The notes under the pieces are model-generated. The model saw only the letters and a list, made by a program, of their open reading frames with translations. It was not told the DNA's origin and searched no databases. 64,000 bases of DNA from a bacterium (lineage in GTDB: Bacteria > Bacteroidota > Ignavibacteria > UBA10030). Positions 59,522-64,000 of this stretch are shown one piece after another. A program made the translations under genes and the position numbers. The stretch lies in contig JAZDJN010000087.1 of NCBI GenBank assembly GCA_043803945.1, forward strand, positions 317,126-381,125. The letters run 5' to 3'. The stretch's first letter is position 1; every line of letters begins with the position of its first letter.

Positions 59522-60708
59522 GACATCTTTCCTCTCAATGCGTCGGTCGGTTTCAGTTTTGCAATCTTTCTTGTCGGAAGGAAGCTGACCACCGTCGTTA
59601 CGAATGACACGAGAATAGTTGTACCTCCAATCAATCCAGCGGAGTAGATGGGGAAAATTCGCTCACCGATCGCAAATCCGAAACTATCCACAGCTTCGGG
59701 CATTGCAAAACCTGTACTTGCAGCATATCCCAGCAAAGGAATGCCGTAGATTGCACCAACGACCGCAGCGAGGATTGCGTGGAAACCTCCTTCGAGCGTG
59801 AACAGCCCGATGATATTTGACCGCGTCATCCCCATTGCCATCAGTGTGCCCATTTCTTTCTTGCGGCGCCAGATGGAAAGGACTTGAGTGTCGAAGATTG
59901 CAAGCATAGCAAGAAATAGAAGAACCAAATACATGATGCTTCCACCGATAGACTTGCTTCTCACTAACTCGTGGATATCCCGGAGAAGAAAATTCAAGTC
60001 CTTGAACTCCCACCCAGGAACATTGGTCGGTGGCTGTTCTGGCTGCCCGGTCAATCGGATTTTGTTCAGCACCATAACCGTTGCTTCGTTCGGCATCTCC
60101 GTTATTTCTTGCAATCGATCGAGAGGAATCCACAACTGTTCATTGTCTATTTCTTGCACGATGGTCTTGAAGACCTCGACAATCCTGACATCCCTCGCAT
60201 CGAACGTGCCATGGACATCCCGCCACTGAACAGTCAGATCATCACCTTTGTGTAAGCCGGTGCTTCTTGCCATTCTCGCGCCGATCAGAGTTGGGATAGT
60301 TCCATCCTCAGTGTTTAGAAGAGAGGATGGAATGGACAGTATTTTCTGGTCCGGATCGATTCCCTTAAGGAGAATAGACCGAAAACGTCCTTGAGGGTAG
60401 ATCGTTGCTTGTCGGATCAGAATTGGCGTCGCCTCGTTGTGGCGCATAAGAAGCTCAAGTTCTGTTGGGATGGCAGAATGAGCATCTGAGAGTGAGAGTG
60501 GGTCGAATGGATCGTAGTTCTTTTGCTAATATTGTCCACCACCGTATAGAGCCTCAACGGTCGCCTTTTCGGCTTGGTCATTCATGCCATTATATAGGCC
60601 CTGAAGAAAGATGATGGTAACAAAAGCAAAGGAGAGCGCCACGACGTTGAGCCATGTCCGAAGGCCTGCGCCGAGAATATTCCGTATTGCAAGTTTGAGA
60701 GTTAGCAT
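59518..60708 (-). pseudogene. FtsX/LolE-type ABC permease interrupted by an in-frame TAG at 60526-60528
   Basis: Two track ORFs share one frame: MLTLKLAIRN...GGGQY*QKNYDPFDPLSL...RKKEMGTLMAMG. Confidence 0.85.
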
Positions 60709-60729
60709 AGTGTTTCTGTTTACAATTAA

Positions 60730-61443
60730 TTACTCCGTTGAGTGTTTTCCCGTCAACTCTTCATCCCTTTCAATTTTCCCATCCACAAGGGTGATCTTTC
60801 TCCTGAGATACGTGATCACCTTCTCATCGTGAGTTGCAAAGATGAATGTCGAGAGGAGTTCCTTGTTCAACTGCACCATTGTCTTCATTATATGATGTGA
60901 ATTCGCTGCGTCGAGATTTGCGGTCGGTTCGTCTGCAAGCACAATTTCGGGTTTCTTGACAATTGCTCGGGCGATCGCCACGCGCTGGCTTTCTCCGCCG
61001 GAAAGTTGTGCCGGCTTTGATTCTGCCCGGTCAGCCAAGCCGACCCATTCTAAGGCATCCATCACGAGTTGTTTTCGCTGAGAAGAACCGACACCCTGCA
61101 GCAGCAGAGGAAACTCCACGTTCTCGAACACAGTGTAGACCGGCAGCAAATTGAATGTCTGAAAGATGAAACCAATATGGGTGTTGCGCAATCGCGCCGC
61201 TTCCTTATGCGAGAGCGATTCGATGTTATGTCCAAGCACCATCGCGCTGCCGTTGGTGGGCGCATCAAGAGAGCCGATGATGTTCAACAACGTTGTCTTC
61301 CCCGACCCGCTTGGACCAACGAGTCCGACGAATTCACCTTTAGTGACAGAAAGATTAACCTGGTCCAGTGCTCTGAGTGTTGCCAATCCCAATGGATAGA
61401 TTTTATCGAGGTTTTCCGTTTTGATAAGGCTTGAATCGAGCAT
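60730..61443 (-). CDS. ABC transporter ATP-binding protein, LolD-like
   Basis: GPSGSGKT, LSGGESQRVA, LADEPT and ATHD. Confidence 0.95.
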   Translation of the reverse strand: MLDSSLIKTENLDKIYPLGLATLRALDQVNLSVTKGEFVGLVGPSGSGKTTLLNIIGSLDAPTNGSAMVLGHNIESLSHKEAARLRNTHIGFIFQTFNLLPVYTVFENVEFPLLLQGVGSSQRKQLVMDALEWVGLADRAESKPAQLSGGESQRVAIARAIVKKPEIVLADEPTANLDAANSHHIMKTMVQLNKELLSTFIFATHDEKVITYLRRKITLVDGKIERDEELTGKHSTE

Positions 61444-61452
61444 AGAGAGTCC

Positions 61453-62602
61453 TCAATGATTGAATACTATTATAAGTTGAACTCCGGTTCCCGCAAAAGA
61501 ATTACCGCCAGTTTGATTCTGATAGAGTTGGATATTTTCGGGATTCCAGAAGCCGAGGAGATAGATAATCCAATTGTCGTAAGTTCTTTGCCACGTGATG
61601 AGGCGGTACCATTCACGGTTCATCCAATCGCGATAAAGAATCGCTGTTAGTCGATCGATGACACCAAAAGGGTAGCTCAATGACAATGCGGACAGTCCGA
61701 GTCCGCTTGCTGGTAGAAAAGGCTTATCTGGTCTCTCTGATCGAAAATACTCGGTCACGACGTTCACGCCGTTCCCGACTTCGAACGTGTAGTCGGCCCC
61801 CAGTGTCCAGAGCCGCTGATATTCCATTCCAGGAAGATCCGTCTGTTGGTGAAGAAGCATGGCTTCGAACCATACTCCAATGCCTGCGTCCCATTTCCCA
61901 TCCAAGCCGAGCCGATCTTCGGGGGTGAAATCGTGTTGAATGGTACTCGAAAGGTTCTGAAGCCCACGGAGATCAACCTCACGGTGGTGATATGAGACGG
62001 CGATCTCTCCGGACAAAAGTGGAGTCTGAGTTCTTCCTCCATACTCAATACTGTTCTTTTTTGTCGGAGCGATCTCCCAGCCTTTCGTTTCATTGTTGCC
62101 GTATAGTCCCCAGAGCCAGAGGTTGGCGTTGTTAAGAAGGTAATATCGGAGAAGGAGAGCGTAGATCCCGTCAGTCAGTTGTTGTGGATCACGAGGATCG
62201 ATCCTGTCGAACCACATCAGCGACCGAAGTAGCGTCGCAGAACCAAAGTTTATTTTTTGCAGCCCAAACCGCGCTTCAAATGTGCTCGACGATAGCCGGA
62301 GCCAGCCCCGGTATGGCATTACTCGCGGCTTCAAGGTGGGTGCTTTGGTTTTTGGCAAAGCTTGCCGTTGCGAAAGCATTAAGTGATAATTCCATATCAG
62401 CTGTGATGTCATCGACGAATCCTTTTCGAATCGTAAGTTCCGGGATGTAGCGAAAACCGGCTTGAGACACTAAGGATTCATCTGGATTGGATTTCAGCCA
62501 TGTAGATGACTGACCCTGTATAATCCAAACTTGTGAAAAAGCGATACAAGGGGCAGCAAAAAGAAGTGAGAAAAAAATGATGTGTGTGATTTCTGATCGC
62601 AA
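61453..62602 (-). pseudogene. Frameshifted outer-membrane beta-barrel-like protein
   Basis: The signal-peptide ORF (62276-62602) and the body ORF (PYRGWLRL..GLQKINFG) overlap in different frames near 62320. Confidence 0.7.
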
Positions 62603-62669
62603 CGATTATCCATTTCCTGTTCACGATTCAATTGAAGGTACTGATTAAAGTATTTCGGAGCAAAATGAT

Positions 62670-62918
62670 GCATAACAGTTTAGGCAAAACGCCTGCCCCG
62701 ATGATGTCTATCGGGGCCGTCCCGTTCCGCCACTAAGAACGACTCATTTTCTGAGGCGGACGGGATGGAGCGAGCACTTTTTTACCCCGACGTAGTCGGG
62801 GACATTTGGCCAAACTAAGGTCCAACATCGCCTCTCCAGCGTGCGAGCCTGCCAGCCGTAACGGAGTGAAGGCTGGCGCCCCGCGGAGCGGGGCAAGCCG
62901 TTTTGCCGCTTGTTATGC
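62670..62918 (-). mobile_element. Integron attC-like recombination site, expanded to 249 bp
   Basis: Minus strand R'' GCATAAC-AAGC-GGCAAAACG ... CGTTTTGCC-TAAACT-GTTATGC R', 25 nt after the SDR stop. The interior holds several GC-rich palindromes. Confidence 0.7.
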
Positions 62919-62943
62919 GCCGCGCCCTCTCACTTGGCAGTGA

Positions 62944-63813
62944 TTACAAGGGCATTTGGTGCCCACCACCGACAAAGAGCATTTGCCCTGTGAGCCAGCG
63001 CGCCTGCCGAGACGCCAAGAAAACGATTACATCGGCCACGTCGTCGGGCTTTCCTATGCGACCAAGAGGAGTATGGGTAGCAATCTCTTTCTCCAAGTGA
63101 GAGGTAATCCATCCTGTTTGAATTGCACCGAGGGAAACGATGTTCACGGTGATTCCAAATTTCCCAAGCTCATGGGCAGCGGCACGGCTGTAGGACTCCA
63201 ACGCGTGCTTGCTTGCACCGTAAGATACTTCGGTGGCAAAACCAGAGGCGCCATCGGTACTCACGTTTATAATTCGCCCCCAATTCGTACCGCGGTTGAC
63301 AATACGCCGTGCATATTCAGCTATCATCAGCGCAACCGCTCGACTGTTCACCGAAAAGTGCATGTCGTGTGAGTTGGCAGTGATTGGAATGGTGGGAAAA
63401 TCCCACACGGTTTTCGTTACCTCAGCGAAATGGCTTTGGGGAACAAAGGTGTCGGGAATGCCATGAGCCGCGTTGTTGACGAGTATGTCTACGGGTCCGT
63501 ACACCTTCTCTGCCTGGTCGAACAACGCTGGTATGACCGCTGGCTTTCCGAGATCAGCAGGAACGACTTCAATCTTGCCACCAAGCGTGCGGACTGCCTC
63601 GATGACTTCGTGAGGGGTTTTCGAAATCTGCGCCTCGTAGAATTCTAGACCGTATTTGTCGGGAGCACTGGACCTCGAAGGCAATGGAAGGTAGGTCCCA
63701 AAGATTTGAGCACCTTCGGTGGCAAAGGCTTTCGCGGACGCGGCGCCAACACCGAACGGATTATTGACGCCCGTTATCAATACGACTTTGTCTCTAAGAT
63801 GAGTGTCGATCAT
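62944..63813 (-). CDS. SDR-family oxidoreductase
   Basis: ITGVNNPFGVG, LVNNA, YGASK, TPLGRIG and WLTGQ. Confidence 0.92.
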   Translation of the reverse strand: MIDTHLRDKVVLITGVNNPFGVGAASAKAFATEGAQIFGTYLPLPSRSSAPDKYGLEFYEAQISKTPHEVIEAVRTLGGKIEVVPADLGKPAVIPALFDQAEKVYGPVDILVNNAAHGIPDTFVPQSHFAEVTKTVWDFPTIPITANSHDMHFSVNSRAVALMIAEYARRIVNRGTNWGRIINVSTDGASGFATEVSYGASKHALESYSRAAAHELGKFGITVNIVSLGAIQTGWITSHLEKEIATHTPLGRIGKPDDVADVIVFLASRQARWLTGQMLFVGGGHQMPL

Positions 63814-64000
63814 AGATGATAACTACCTTTCGTGGTGGTCTGGTAATTAGCCCCCATCTAAGCTACTCATTACCCACAATTCGTGAGAAGGGTGAAGGGA
63901 GTTGTACAAGACATTTATTTTCAATATGTTATTGAGACAAGTATATGATAACATCTTGAAAGGAACAATGTCATGGAGCGATGGATAACTGAAGAGATCA

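Noticed and set aside
59518-60708. Pyrrolysine or alternative genetic code explanation for the TAG
   Set aside because: TAG terminates many intact genes here, the event is single, and a neighbouring gene is also broken.

Overview
Bacterial chromosomal window, most likely from an Ignavibacteria-like member of the Bacteroidota/Chlorobiota group (inferred from T9SS porU/porV, glgA next to a DUF4270-like gene, Bacteroidota-type Spt and frequent SD-led starts). Left to right it holds: (1) a >811-aa DUF499-type ATPase gene running off the left edge and absent from the ORF track, likely the first gene of an anti-phage locus; (2) ctpA; (3) a minus-strand module of LytTR regulator, a candidate ~140-nt rod-shaped RNA with C-rich loops, a tandem NTF2/DUF4440 protein, an aromatic amino-acid decarboxylase, a LytS kinase and a TPR protein; (4) a nest of miniature repeat elements; (5) sua5, larB-purE and DUF47-pit; (6) an ArsR-controlled arsenic/thiol-redox operon with two operator copies; (7) a putative ceramide cluster (reductase with an apparent ATC start, Spt, GNAT ceramide-synthase-like gene); (8) housekeeping genes (ilvE, ispB-like, tatC, glyA, rpiB, glgA); (9) a T9SS locus (porU, porV, a zinc-motif-less M6-like cargo, a peptidase-propeller-Omp85 fusion); (10) from about 50.2 kb to the end, a co-oriented decaying array that looks like integron cassettes, with one well-formed but oversized attC (249 bp) and a five-gene ABC operon bracketed by complementary core sites. 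No integrase, tRNA, rRNA or CRISPR array was seen. All family calls come from motif recognition by eye; no database searches were run.
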